A stretch of 64,000 nucleotides of DNA from Malacoraja senta (taxonomy: Eukaryota), in the NCBI GenBank assembly GCA_038087875.1, contig CM075993.1:5520001-5584000 (forward strand), in the 5' to 3' direction. A program made the translations under genes and the position numbers. Positions 23,596 to 35,834 of this stretch are shown piece by piece. Every line of letters begins with the position of its first letter. Position 1 is the first letter of the stretch. The notes under the pieces were generated by a model, which saw only the letters and a program-made list of their open reading frames with translations, did not search any database and was not told the DNA's origin.

Positions 23596-23846
23596 GTGAG
23601 AGGGGGGTGGGGGTGTGGGATCCCTGGGGAGGAGGGGGGGGGGGGGAAGGGGGGAAGATCCCTGGGGGTGTGGGGGGGAAATCTCCCTTTTGCAGCAACA
23701 GAGACTCGGACAAATGCTCAAATACAAATGATACCCGAATCACACAAATCTTATCAAAGAAAGAATACAGAGACAGAACACGATAAAATGGAAGGTAGAC
23801 GAAAAGAGCTGGAGAAACTCAGCGGGTGCGGCAGCATCTATGGAGC

Positions 23847-24153
23847 GAAGGAAATAGGCAACGTTTCGGGCCCGAAACCCTGAAGGAAATAGGCAACGTT
23901 TGGGACCGAAACCCTGAAGGAAATAGGCAACGTTTCGGGCCGAAACCCAGAAGGAAATAGGCAACGTTTCGGGCCGAAACCCAGAAGGAAATAGGCAACG
24001 TTTGGGACCGAAACCCTGAAGGAAATAGGCAACGTTTGGGACCGAAACCCTGAAGGAAATAGGCAACGTTTCGGGCCGAAACCCGGAAGGAAATAGGCAA
24101 CGTTTCGGGCCGAAACCCGGAAGGAAATGGGCAACGTTTCGGGCCGAAACCCG
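23847..24153. repeat. Nine tandem 34-bp units derived from the Penelope terminal repeat
   Basis: GAAGGAAATAGGCAACGTTTCGGGCCGAAACCCN x9, inside an inverted pair of Penelope ends. Confidence 0.93.
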
Positions 24154-25542
24154 GAAGGGTTTCGTCCCGAAACGTTGCCTATTTCCTTCGCTCCATAGAT
24201 GCTGCTGCACCCGCTGAGTTTCTCCAGCACTTTTTGTCTCCCTTCCATTTTCCAGCATCTGCAGTTCCCTCTTGAACGATAAAAGAGAATTCCAATTCGT
24301 AGTAATGCATGCTGAACGTGTGGTGGGGTTTGCGGGGGAAGGTGGTGGGGGGTTGGGGTGGAGAGGGGAGGAAGGGACTCTTCCCCATCACATGCTCAAT
24401 GGGTGGCTAAATGGGGAGAGAATCCCGGAAATCGGAGATGCAAAGGGACTTGGGAGCGCTGGTGCAGGATTCCCAGAAAGTTAATTTGCAAGTCAAACCG
24501 GTTTCGGTAAAGAAGGCAAATGCAATTTATTTCACGAGGGCTTGTATACAAAGACAGGGGATGCAATGCTGAGGCTGGCCAGGCCGCATGTGGAATATTG
24601 GGAGCCATTTTGGGCCCCGTATCTGAGGAAGGATGTGCTGGCTCTGGTGGAGGGTCCAGAGGAGGTTTACAAGAACGATCCCAGCAATGAGTGGGTTAAC
24701 CTATGATGAGCGTTTGTCGGCACTGGGCCTGTACTCGCTGGAGTTTAGAAGGATGAGGTGGGGGGGGTGGGGGGGGACCTCATTGAAACGTCCCGAATAG
24801 AGGTCGCGGCCTTAGAATTAAAGCACGTTCTTTTAGGAAGGAGATGAGGAGAGATTTCTCTAGTCAGAGGGTGGTGAATCTGTGGAATTCTTTGCCACAG
24901 AAGGCTGTGGAGGCCAAGTCAGTGGATATTCCTAATAGATACATAGATACATAGAAAATAGGTGCAGGAGTAGAGGCCATTCGGCCCTTTGAGCCTGCAC
25001 CGCCATTCAATATGATCATGGCTGATCATCCAACTCAGTATCCCGTACCTGCCTTCTCTCCATACCCCCTGATCCCTTTAGCCACAAGGGAAGGTCTTGA
25101 GATAGATTAAGGCAGAGATAGATAGATTCTTGATTAGTACGGGCGTCGGGGGGTTATGGGGAGAAGGCAGGAGGATGGGGTTAGGAGGGAGAGATAGATC
25201 AGCCATGATTGGGTGATCAGCCAACCAAGATAGAGGGAGCTGCACTCTGTGTCAAAGGTCCGAAGTGATAGGAATTGAATTAGGCCATTCGGCCCATCAA
25301 GACTTGGTGGAGTAGACTTGATGGGCCGAATGGCCTAATTCAATTCCTATCACTTCTGACCTTTGTCACCGAGTGCAGCCCCCTCTACCCTGTCCTTGCC
25401 GACCCCCTCCTTGTACCAGATGGGTTCAGGGTTTGGTGCTGTCCCGAGGCAGGGGGTCACTGCGCAGGCGGGGGGGGGGGGGTGAGGGGGGGCAGACTGT
25501 CCACCCGGCATTGTTGACAGCACCATCCTTTCTCCCCCGCAG

Positions 25543-25730
25543 ATGTCCCGATGGGGGTCTTCGACCTGGTGGTGACGGACCCCTCGTGCCCCCCGTCGCT
25601 CCTCAAGTGTGCGGAGGCCCTGTCGGTGCCCGTGGTCTCGCAGGAGTGGGTCATCCAGAGCCTGGTGACTGGGCAGAGGGCCGGTCACCACAGCCACCCC
25701 ACCTACAAACACACCTACAAGCCCAGCTAA
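25543..25730 (+). CDS. TP53BP1: TP53BP1 last coding exon (BRCT2 end, stop TAA)
   Basis: (D)[61 protein letters not shown]. Confidence 0.98.
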
Positions 25731-26041
25731 AAGGAAACTCCTCCCCCCCCCCTCCTCCTCCTCCCCCAGCTCCCCTTCCTCGATACCCAACCCCCCCCAT
25801 CTCCCACCCCATCTCCTCCCCTCTCCATCTTCCCTCTCTCCCTCACTCCCTCTCCCATCCCCCCTCCTCTCCTTCCCCTCCCCCCCCACTCCCACCTTGT
25901 TCCTCTCTCCCCCCCACCCCCCCCCCGCTTCAATTGTACTGTTGTTTGACATTTTAGAAGCTTTTAACCGTGTGTGTTTGTAACTGCATGTATGAAAATG
26001 TACATAGTTTTATCGGTTTCATTTTTATTAAAAAAGAACAG

Positions 26042-26047
26042 AATAAA
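26042..26047 (+). terminator. Likely TP53BP1 polyadenylation signal
   Basis: AATAAA ~310 nt after the stop, with upstream TGTA motifs and a downstream T-rich tract. Confidence 0.7.
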
Positions 26048-27251
26048 CTGGTTTCTTGGCCCCTTTTTGTCGGTTTTAAGTCTTTTATTTTAATTTTTTT
26101 TTAAACGCCTGCGTTTTTTATCGAAGGTTGCAAAGATCCCGCGTAAGTGTTTCCGCAGCTGCGTGCACCCTCTAGCTGCCACCAGGCCTTGTCCCCGCCC
26201 GCCCGCCCGCCCGCCCGCCCGCCCGCCCATGTCATTTGCCTCTTCAGTTTTAGTTGGGAGATACAGCACGGATACAGGCCCATTCGGCCCACAGTTCCAT
26301 GTTTTCCCACTTTCTCATCCACGCCCGGGGCGATGGTACCCGGGGCCAGTTGACCTGCAAACCCGCACGTCTTTGGGATGCGGGAGGAAACCAGAGCACC
26401 CGGAGAAAACCCACGCGGTCACGGGGAGAACGTGCAAACTCCGCACAGACAGCACCCGAGTTCAGGGTGGAACCCGGGTCTCTGGCGCTGGGAGGCAGCA
26501 GCTCTACCCGCTTGCGCCTACGTGCTGCTTCCTGCATTGCCACTTGCAGCCTTAGTTCACAAGTTAATCGTGCCAATGCTGGCTCTTTATATATAGAGTT
26601 CTGCAGCACAGAAACAGACTTCGGCCCATCACCTCCATGCTGGCCCTAACCAGGGACAAAACGTATAGAATTAGAGTGATGCAGAACAGAAACATTACAT
26701 AATGAAAAAGGAAGGGTCTCGACCCAAAACGTCACCCATTCCTGCTCTCCAGAGATGCTGCCTGTCCCGCTGATGCTGCCTGTCTCGCTTTTTGGGTCTA
26801 TCTGGTTTAAACCAGCATCTGCAGTTCCTTCCTGCAGAAATAGGCCCTTCAGCCCAAACGCCGACCAACTTGACCAACTTGCCTCATCCATGCTGGTCCC
26901 ATTTGTCCTTGCCTGGCCCGGTATCCCTCTAAAACATGATTGAATGGCGGAGTAGACTCGATGGGCCGATGGCCTTAATCTACTCCTAAATATTATGAAC
27001 TTGTAAACCCTTCCTAACCATGAACCTGCCCCAGCTGTATTTTAAATGCTGCTATAGTACTGGCCTCAACTCTGGAGGTCAAGAAAATGACACCAAGTGC
27101 TGGAGTAACTCAGCGGGTCAGGCAGCGTTGCTGGAGAATATGGATAGGTGACGTTTCCGGTCAGGGCTCTGTTTCAGGATGTGCAGCTCGTTCCATATAC
27201 CCGCCCCCCCCCCCCCCAGTGGAATAAGTTGCCCCCTCAGTTTCCTATTAA

Positions 27252-27591
27252 AGGGCCTGTCCTACGTTCCCGAGTTATTCACAAATTCTCCCGAGTTTTC
27301 CCCGTTGATTCAAACTCGCAGAATGTTCGTAACGAGTCCGTGGATATATCGTAGGGGCTCGTTATGCCAGCCGTGGGTACTCGAGGCATCAGGTAAGTCG
27401 GGACGATTTTTCCAGCCTGATAAAAATTGTCCACGAGTAAAATAATAGTCGGGAGGATGTCCCGAGTGCCTCCGGCTGGCATAACGAGCCGCTACGACAT
27501 ATCTACGGACTCGTTACGAACATTCTGCGAGTTTGAATCAAGGGAAAATTCGGGAGAATTCGTGAATAACTCGGAAAGTGGGACAGGCCCT
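27252..27591. mobile_element. Palindromic Harbinger-like MITE
   Basis: TAA target duplication; ~135-bp inverted arms. Confidence 0.8.
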
Positions 27592-28184
27592 TAAAAACTT
27601 TCGCCTCTCACCTTAATCCTGTGTCCTCACCTTAACCCTATGTTCCTGTTCTAACACCTCTACATCCTCAGAAGGCTAAGGATATTCGACACATCACCAA
27701 TAACTCCCCGCAGTTTCTACAGATTCACCGCAGAGGAATCCTGTGGACTAATCACAGCTTAGCAAGGCAATCGCTCTGCCCAAGGTCAAAATAAATTATA
27801 TATATTTTTAGTTTACAGATAAAGCATGGAAGCAGGCCCTTCAGCCCACCGAGTCCGAGCCCACTGATCTCCCGTTAGAAATAAAGGATGTTCTTTTAGT
27901 AAGGAGTTGAGAATTTCTTTAGTCAGAGGGTGGTGAATCTGGAATTCTTTGCCACAGGAGGCTGTGGAGGCCATCAATGGATATATTTAAGGCAGAGGTA
28001 GATTCTCGATTAGTACGGATGTCCGAGGTTATGGGGGGAAGGCAGGAGAATGGGGTTAGGAGGGAGAGATAGATCAAGCCATGATTGAATGGCGGAGTAG
28101 ACTTGATGGGCCGAATGGCCTAATTCTACTATTTATTCGCTGACCTATGTCAATTTCCCTACACATGAGGGGCAATTTACAAAC

Positions 28185-29243
28185 TAGGAGTGAACAGGGT
28201 CCTTTTCAGAATGGCAGGCAGTGGCGAGTGGAGTGCCGCAAGGCTCGGTGTTGGGGCCGCAACTGTTTACCATATATATTAATGATTTGGAAGAGGGAAT
28301 TAGGAGCAACACTAGCAAGATTGCGGATGACACAAAGCTGGGTGGCAGTGTGAACTGTGAAGAGGATGTTAGGAGGTTGCAGGGTGACCTGGACAGGTTG
28401 AGTGAGTGGCAGATGCGTGGCAGATGCAGTATAATATAGATAAATGTGAGGTTATCCACTTTGGCGGCAAAAACAAGGGGGCAGATTATTATCTCAATGG
28501 GGTTAGGTTAGGTAAGGGGGAGATGCAGCGAGACCTGGGTGTCCTTGTACACCAGTCACTGAAAGTTGGCGTGCAGGTACAGCAGGCAGTGAAGAAAGCT
28601 AATGGAATGTTGGCCTTCATAACAAGAGGATTTCAGTATAGGAGTAAAGAGGTTCTTCTGCAGTTGTATAGGGCTCTGGTGAGACCACATCTGGAGTATT
28701 GTGTACAGTTTTGGTCTCCTAATTTGAGGAAGGACATCCTTGTGATTGAGGCAGTAGGTTCACAAGATTGATCCCTGGGATGGCGGGACTGTCTTATGAG
28801 GAAAGATTGAAAAAGACTAGGCTTGTATTGACTGGAGTTTAGAAGGATGAGGGGGAATCTTATAGAAACATATAAAAATTATAAAAGGACTGGACAAGCT
28901 AGATGCAGGAAAATGTTCCCAATGTTGGGCGAGTCCAGAACCAGGGGCCACAGTCGTAGAATAAAGGGAGGTCGTTTAAGACTGGTGAGAAAAAACGTTT
29001 TCACCCAGAGAGTTGTGAATTTGTGGAATTCCCTGCCACAGAGGGCAGTGGAGGCCAAGTCACTGTATGGGATTTAAGAGAGAGTTAGATAGAGCTCTTG
29101 GGGCTAGTGGAGACAAGGGATATGGGGAGAAGGCAGGCACGGGTTATTGATTGGGGACGATCAGCCATGATCACAATGAATGGCGGTGCTGGCTCGAAGG
29201 GCCGAATGGCCTCCTCCTGCAACCGATTTTCTATGTTTCTATG
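28185..29243 (+). mobile_element. CR1 LINE 3' kilobase (RT domain, frameshifted)
   Basis: SGVPQGSVLGPQLFTIYINDL..IADDTKLGG..RPHLEYCVQFWSP. Confidence 0.92.
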
Positions 29244-30277
29244 ATAATCCCTTACTCGGTTACAGAGGACATGGGCATAAGGAACACCATTCCCCACTAT
29301 GGTGCGTTATAATGAGGGGTTACTGTATGTAAACTGTGTTTCACCTTCAATATCTACCTCTGGCCAAGGCCCAGGGTCAGATAGTTGTCAGCAAAGACCA
29401 TGGAGTGTTGCTGCCATCTGGTGTGAGAAGCAGGGACTGCAGTGGAAAGACTGAAGGGCCAATTTAATAGAGTAGTCAGAAAAAAGACATTCAAAGGGTT
29501 CCGACCAAAAACGTCACCTATTCCTTTTCTCCAGAGCTGCTGCCTGATCCGCCGAGTTATTCCAGCACTTTAGTCCCTCATATGAGCAGAGTTAGGTCAT
29601 TCGGCCCATCCGGTCTTATCCGCCATTCAATCATGGCTGATCTATTTGTTCCCTCTCAACCCCATTCTCCTGCCATCTCCCCATAACCTGTCTATAAATG
29701 CCCAATGACTTGGCCTCCACGGCCGTCTGTGGCAATGAATTCCACAGAGCTGCATGGTGGCGCAGCGGTAGAGTTGCTGCCTTACAGCGAATGCAGAGTC
29801 GAGACTACGGGTTCGATTCCGACTACGGTTGTATGGAGTTTGTACGTTCTCCCCGTGACCTGCGTGGGTTTCCCCCCGAGATCTTCGGTTTCCTCCCACA
29901 CTCCAAGACGTGCAGGTTTGTAGGTTAATTGGCTTTGGTGTAAATGTAAAAATTGTCCCTCGTGGGTGTAGGATAGATCGAACCCCCAATGTTCTGCCTG
30001 CTCCTCATGGGAATTAAACAGTTGGCCACGAGTTGTCCCAGAGGCAGATCTCTCTTCCAATGGTCTCTCCAAACCCCAGAGGCAGCGGGCTTTTCAACTG
30101 GGTACAGGCAATGTTGTCAATGTACCAGTGCCACCCACCTGCTCCGACCACTGGGTCTAAATACCCACCACCCATTTTGAAGCAAGGCGAGGGGGCGGAG
30201 GGGGGTGAGGTGGGGGGTGTTGTTCCAAAGTCTGCATTTAGCCCATTGTCAATGTTGCTAAAACAGATGATGTGATC

Positions 30278-30880
30278 TGTTACGGCCGCCAAAATTAAAT
30301 ACCTCAAAGGCCAATAACACAATACAAAACCAGGTTCAAATGGAAATATTATTTATTTTTCACTAACAAAAAGAACTAAAACCTGGATCAAACAAACAGG
30401 GGGGGGGTTGGATGGGCTACAAACAAAAGATAAAGGGTGCTCTGGCCGACCACTCAATGGGCCGTCGGACCAGAGACTCTAAACCTGCCTCAGTGTTAAA
30501 ATAAACCTGAAACAAAACCACGAAAACAATAATGCCAGTCCCATCCTTCCCAAGCAAAATAAGTTAATACAGAATGAAGAGTTACATAAAAACACTATGA
30601 ATCACACAAACTAAACCAACACCAGACTGCTGCCACCAGTCTGAGGGGGAAGAGAGAGACAGAGACTGCCAGTCACATGGTCTTTTTAAGCTGAGGCTCC
30701 GTCATCAGGCTCGCGTGATGCAGCTTGGCCAGGAGCTTCCAATCAGGTCAGGAAGCAGCAGACAGCAGGAGGTACTAATGGTAATCAGAGAAACAGGTTA
30801 GTACATAATTAAACAGCAGCAGAGGGAGCGCACAACAGGTCTTTGTGCCGTACTATTAGTGGGATCATCTAGCTGTCACA
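30278..30880 (-). mobile_element. Probable solo LTR
   Basis: TGTGAC..GTAACA termini on the minus strand, with CCAAT, TTAAAAAG, a CT-rich stretch and AATAAA in LTR order; no TSD found. Confidence 0.5.
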
Positions 30881-31859
30881 GGCTTGGTCCACAAATATGG
30901 GGGTGTCGGGGAAAGTGGGGGGGGTTGGAGAATGGGAGAAGGGAGGGGGAGAAGGGGATGTGAGGAGAGGGGGGGAGTGGAGAAAGGGGAGAAGAGTGGA
31001 GCGGGGAGAAGGGAGGAAGGAAAGTTGGGGGGAGAGGGTAGGGGAGAAGGGTAGGGGGGTAGTGGAGAAGGAGGGATGGGGGCAGGAGGGGGAGTTTAGT
31101 CTACACTCACTGAATCCATCCCTGTGAAAAGTTATAGAGACGGTGATTGGATCTGGAAGCGGACCAATACATCTATAAATAAAACTGAACGACTCGGACA
31201 TCCTTTCATTTGCACAATTGATTTTATTGTATTAATTTTAATATATTAATGTATGAAATCCATGCATTGAAGTAAGAATATTTTGCAGCCCATCTGTGGT
31301 CCCTAACCCCAACCCTAACCGGGCGTCACCCACAGGACAGGAGACGTCAGCGTGTGAACAGGGCGCACGACATGATGAGACACCCAAATGTCGCCCCTGG
31401 ATTGTGAACATTCCAAAATCCTGGGGCGACAGGGAGACACCGCGCGTCACGCCCCGACCACGACGCAACAACCTCTTTGTCGCAGAAAATGTCGCCCAAG
31501 TGGGACAGGCTCTTTAATGTGCGGGGATCGCTGGTCGGCGCGGACCCGGTGGGCCGAAAGGGCCTATTTCCGCGCTGTATCTCTAACAACTAAACCAGAA
31601 CACGTTCAATCCAACACTGCTTCGATGTCCCTGCTATAGGAAAGATGGCATTAAGTCGGAAAGAGCGCAGAAAAGATTTTCCGTTTTTTTAAAGAGATAC
31701 AGCATGGAAACAGGCCCTTTGGCCCACCGAGTCCTGCTGGCCATCAATCATTTGTCCAAACTAGTTCAATCATACTTTCAATGATACTTTAATGATACAG
31801 TGAAATCCTTTGCTTTCCATGCAACCCAGTAAAATGAATAGGTTTATTGGCCAAGTATG

Positions 31860-32794
31860 GAACAAGAGTTAGCTATTAAAATTTCAAAGGAAAGTTGGAA
31901 TGAATACTTATTAAACGTGCATAAATGTTCGATTAATGTAAGACACACTTTAATACAATTTAAAATTTTACATAGATTATATTATTCGAAAACTAAAATT
32001 CATAAAATGTTCCCAAATGTATCATCTATTTGTGATAAATGTCAATCCCAAGAAGCTACTATAGCGCACTCATTCGTTTTCTGTACAAAAATTCAAACAT
32101 TTTGGAATGAAATTTTTGAAATCTTTACAAAGTTATTTAAAATAAGACTGATACCCAAAGCAGAATGGATTATCTTCGGAATAACGGAAGATGGTCCAGA
32201 ACTAAATGTGTTTCAAAAGAAACTAATAGACTATGGGTTAATAACTGGAAAAAAGCTAATCCTAAAATTTTGGAAGAAGGCTCCAATACCAACTATAAAC
32301 ATGTGGATTTCAAATATGTTCGAAACATTACACCTAGAAGAGATAAGACTCCTCCTGGCAGGTAAACCAGATCACTTCCACCTGACGTGGTCTGCATTTA
32401 TAGAATTATTACAAATATAGGGTGCAAAGGTACCTTAAAAAAATTGAGGTCAGGTAATGGGGAATGATAGTTGAAGAGTTGGTATGTCCCATTTGCGTAA
32501 TGCTCATAAAAATATTTGTTTCTCTCTTTTTCCTCTTTCTCTTTCTCCTTCTTTTCTAGGGTCTATTTCTTAACTCTTTTTCTTTTGTTTTTAATTTTGC
32601 TCTTATAGGGTCTTCGTCCTTTTTTGTTGTCACATTTTCTACACTCTCACTTTTTCCTTCACTTTCTTCTTTCTTTCAATCTTTTCCTTTTACTAGTGTA
32701 AAAAATAAATGGAGTACATTAATTGTAAGAAGACATAAGTGACGAGTACTAATGTATGTGGTTGTAATGTAATGTACTTCTAATAAATAAAAAA
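31860..32794 (+). mobile_element. 5'-truncated L1-clade LINE with TSD
   Basis: Open ORF2 C-terminus with CCHC finger (CDKC..H..C), stop at 32420, T-rich 3' UTR, AATAAA and A tail; 18-bp TSD GTTTAWTGGCCAAGTATG at 31842-31859 and 32795-32812. Confidence 0.9.
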
Positions 32795-33219
32795 GTTTAA
32801 TGGCCAAGTATGTTCACATACAAGGAATTTGCCTTGGTGCTCCGCTCGCAGGTAACAACACCACATACAGTAACAATTAAGAATGACACATAAAATATTA
32901 ATAATAACATTATTAATAAAATAATAAAAACACATGTGAATGAAATAAAATACCAGAGCAAAAAGAGGCTACAGACTCCAGCTTTTTGTGTCTGTCTTCG
33001 GTTTAAACCAGCATCTGCAGTTCCTCCCTACTCCAAATACTACACCCCTGCTTCAGCACCCATTGTTACTCTGGTATATTTGGGACCTTCTTAGAACCTC
33101 CTCCTCGCACATGTTTTTTTCAATTGAACTACTAACTAATATTCAAAGTGGCCTAGAATTCCTTACAATCCACATGCAGGTATAACAAGCAATTGGGAAG
33201 CATTGCAAGGGGATGAATA

Positions 33220-33620
33220 TAAGATTCAAGAGAGTTTATTGTCATGTGTTGCAGATAGGACAATGAAATTCTTGCTTTGCTTCAGCACAACAGAATATTG
33301 TAGGCATAAATAAATACAGAACAGATCAGATAAATAAACAGATAAAGTGCAATAGGTTATTAATGTTCAGAGTTTTGTTTGAGTTGAGTTTAATAGCCTG
33401 ATGGCTGTGGGGAAGTAGCTATTCCTGAACCTGGATGTTGCAGATTTCAGGCTCCTGTACCTTCTACCTGAAGGTAGCGGGGAGATGAGTGTGTGGCCAG
33501 GATGGTGTGGGTCCTTGATGATGCTGCCAGCCGTTTTGAGGCGGCCACTGCGATAGATCCCCTCGATGGTAGGGAGGTCAGAGCCGATGATGGACTGGGC
33601 AGTGTTTACAACTTTTTTGC
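33220..33620 (-). mobile_element. Rex1/Babar-like LINE 3' fragment
   Basis: KKVVNTAQSIIGSDLP..PSGRRYRSLKSATSRFRNSYFPTAIRLLN. Confidence 0.8.
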
Positions 33621-34185
33621 AGTTGTTTGTGCTATACTGTACCTTATTAGAGGTGGGTGGGTGAGAATCACACCTGGAATGCTGTGGCAATTTTGGTCTT
33701 ACTTGTTGCCGCAAGTAAGAATTTCATTCGTCTATCTGGGACATATGACAATAAAACTCTTGACCATAAAACCTCTGTCAGAAGTGTGGCAAAAGAAATC
33801 ACAAGACCAATTCCAGGGGTGCCAAGTTTGCATTCTCTAGAATTTGAGAAGAATGGGAGATATCATTTAAGATTGCAAAGTCCAGCAGGGCTGAATGCAG
33901 ACAGGAAACGCCTTTGGCAAAGTCTAGAACCAGAAGCCTGTCTCCAAACTAGGCAAGGAACAAGCTTCTTCGGGGGAAATGGCAAAACTTTGGAATTATC
34001 TGCCTGAAGGCTGTTAAGAGTTCTCTCAAAACAATTTGGCAGGTTTACAGACCTTTTGAGCATTACGGGATATGGGTATGCGACGGGGAAATTAAACAGT
34101 GATTGATCCATAAACGATGCAGACTTTGCTACAAAAGTAAGTTGATTCACTTGTACAAAATGACATCGCTGTAGCTCGTTTTAGT

Positions 34186-34201
34186 GGCTCTTAAAAGAGC
34201 C
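34186..34201 (-). terminator. Histone-type 3' stem-loop (canonical loop) with HDE-like motif
   Basis: Minus strand AACAAC-GGCTCT-TTTA-AGAGCC-ACTAAAACGAGCTAC. Confidence 0.75.
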
Positions 34202-35372
34202 GTTGTTAGGCCCAGGGCGTGGATGGGGCTGAGGCAATAGGTACAGGAGTAGGCCATTTGGCCCTTCGAGCCAGCACCGCCATTCAATGTGATCATGGCT
34301 GATCAGTGGTGGGACATTGGAAGTCCAGTGGTGGGACTATGGAAGTCTTTGACCATGTTGGACAGCCAGGGGTCGGTGTCCTACCAGTGCCCGGCCCGGG
34401 TTAAACTGGCTGCCCCTCCGAGATCTTCGGTTTCCTCCCACATTCCAAAGGCGTACCTGTTTGTAGGTTAATTTAAAAATTGTCCTTAGTGTGTGTGGGA
34501 TAGCGTTAATATGCGGGGATCGCTGGTCGGCGCGGACCCGGTGGGCCGAAGGGCCTGTTTCCATGCTGTAACTAAACTAGGACTCGGCATCCTCAGGGTT
34601 AAACTCGCTGGTCGTCTCCGGCCAAGCGCTGGGGGCACAAGTCTGTCCTGAGGTCCTGTGCGATCTCCCGGCCACCGTGAGGGCGGTGCATTGTGGTAGC
34701 GCCTGGTCTCTCTACAAGGCATGGGACCATGGCTGCTGTGCTCGCCAGATGTTGGCCTTCTCTCCGCTCCACATGTTTGGCCCCGTCAACCACTCATTGA
34801 GACCGCCCGAGGTTGTAGCTATTTTCAGTGGCCCTGGCTTGTTGGGCCGACAGTGGGGGGGTTGAAGGGGCTTTCCCTGGATGCGATGGGACATCTGGAA
34901 AGCTCTGACCACATGATGTTGGGCCGCTTGCCGTGGTCCTCAGAGCTCGTCGACCCAATGGGACCACGACGGCCGGGCTCCGGCAGCGCAGGTCTGCTGC
35001 GGAGACAGAGAGGGGAGATCGCGGTGGCGCCAGATCTCTTTCGCTGCCGGGACCGGGACTGCGGCTGCTGCGCTCGCCAGCTACCTCTACCCCCCCACCT
35101 CCCCCACTGTTTGGCCCTCCTCCCATTCACTCCACGGTCCAGAGATGCACAGGTTTACAGGTTAATTGGCTGCTGTAAACCGTAAATTGTTCCGTGTGTG
35201 TGTGTGTGTGTGGGGGATATTGGTGGTGTACAAGGTGTTCGCTGGTCGGTGCGGAAACTGGACCTGTTCCCATGCTGCCAGGTCGCGTAAATGACGGCCA
35301 AGTGGGACAGGCCCTTAATGGTCCACCTTCATGAAGAGGAGGGGGGGAGGGGTGGTCGTACCTCATTTTACT

Positions 35373-35388
35373 GGCTCTAGAAAGAGCC
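35373..35388 (-). terminator. Histone-type 3' stem-loop (variant loop)
   Basis: CAAA-GGCTCT-TTCT-AGAGCC-AGTAAAATGAGGTAC. Confidence 0.65.
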
Positions 35389-35594
35389 TTTGAAGGGCCG
35401 AGGGTGAGGTTGGACGGCCAGGGGTCGGTGTCCTCCGAGCCCGGGTTAAGGTCACTGGCCCCGCGGGCCGAGCTCCGGGAGGTCAGTCCTCATTGATCTC
35501 CCGAGACACCGTGAGCGACGGGATCGCCGGACCTCCCTCAGGGCCAAACATCCAACGGACCAAGAGACTGCTTGAGGTTGTAGCTCTTTTCAAT

Positions 35595-35610
35595 GGCTCT
35601 TGAAAGAGCC
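35595..35610 (-). terminator. Histone-type 3' stem-loop with HDE-like motif
   Basis: GAAA-GGCTCT-TTCA-AGAGCC-ATTGAAAAGAGCTACAACCTC. Confidence 0.7.
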
Positions 35611-35834
35611 TTTCGTGGGGCTTCGTGCGGTCGTGATGGGACAGCGGTTGTCCACCTTGGTCGATGTCCCGAGTAATCTCCCGCTCACTGGGAAGACGGT
35701 GGCGGAGGATCTCCATCGAGAGCGGGTGGGGTGTGATCAATCTTCTTGCCTGGACTGTTGTGGTGGCCAGTTGTGGTGGCGGGAAACCTCGGCCTCCGGT
35801 CCAGCTGCCCTCCGGCTGCTTGGTTCGGTCCACC

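Noticed and set aside
23847..24153. CRISPR-like array of 34-bp partly palindromic repeats
   Set aside because: Units are contiguous with no unique spacers, derive from the Penelope terminal repeat, and there are no cas genes in this vertebrate DNA
29989..30322. Short ORFs in apparently unique sequence beside the LTR
   Set aside because: No recognisable homology or convincing splice structure
31300..31320. CCCTAA telomeric seed
   Set aside because: Only two or three imperfect units; too short to call an interstitial telomere
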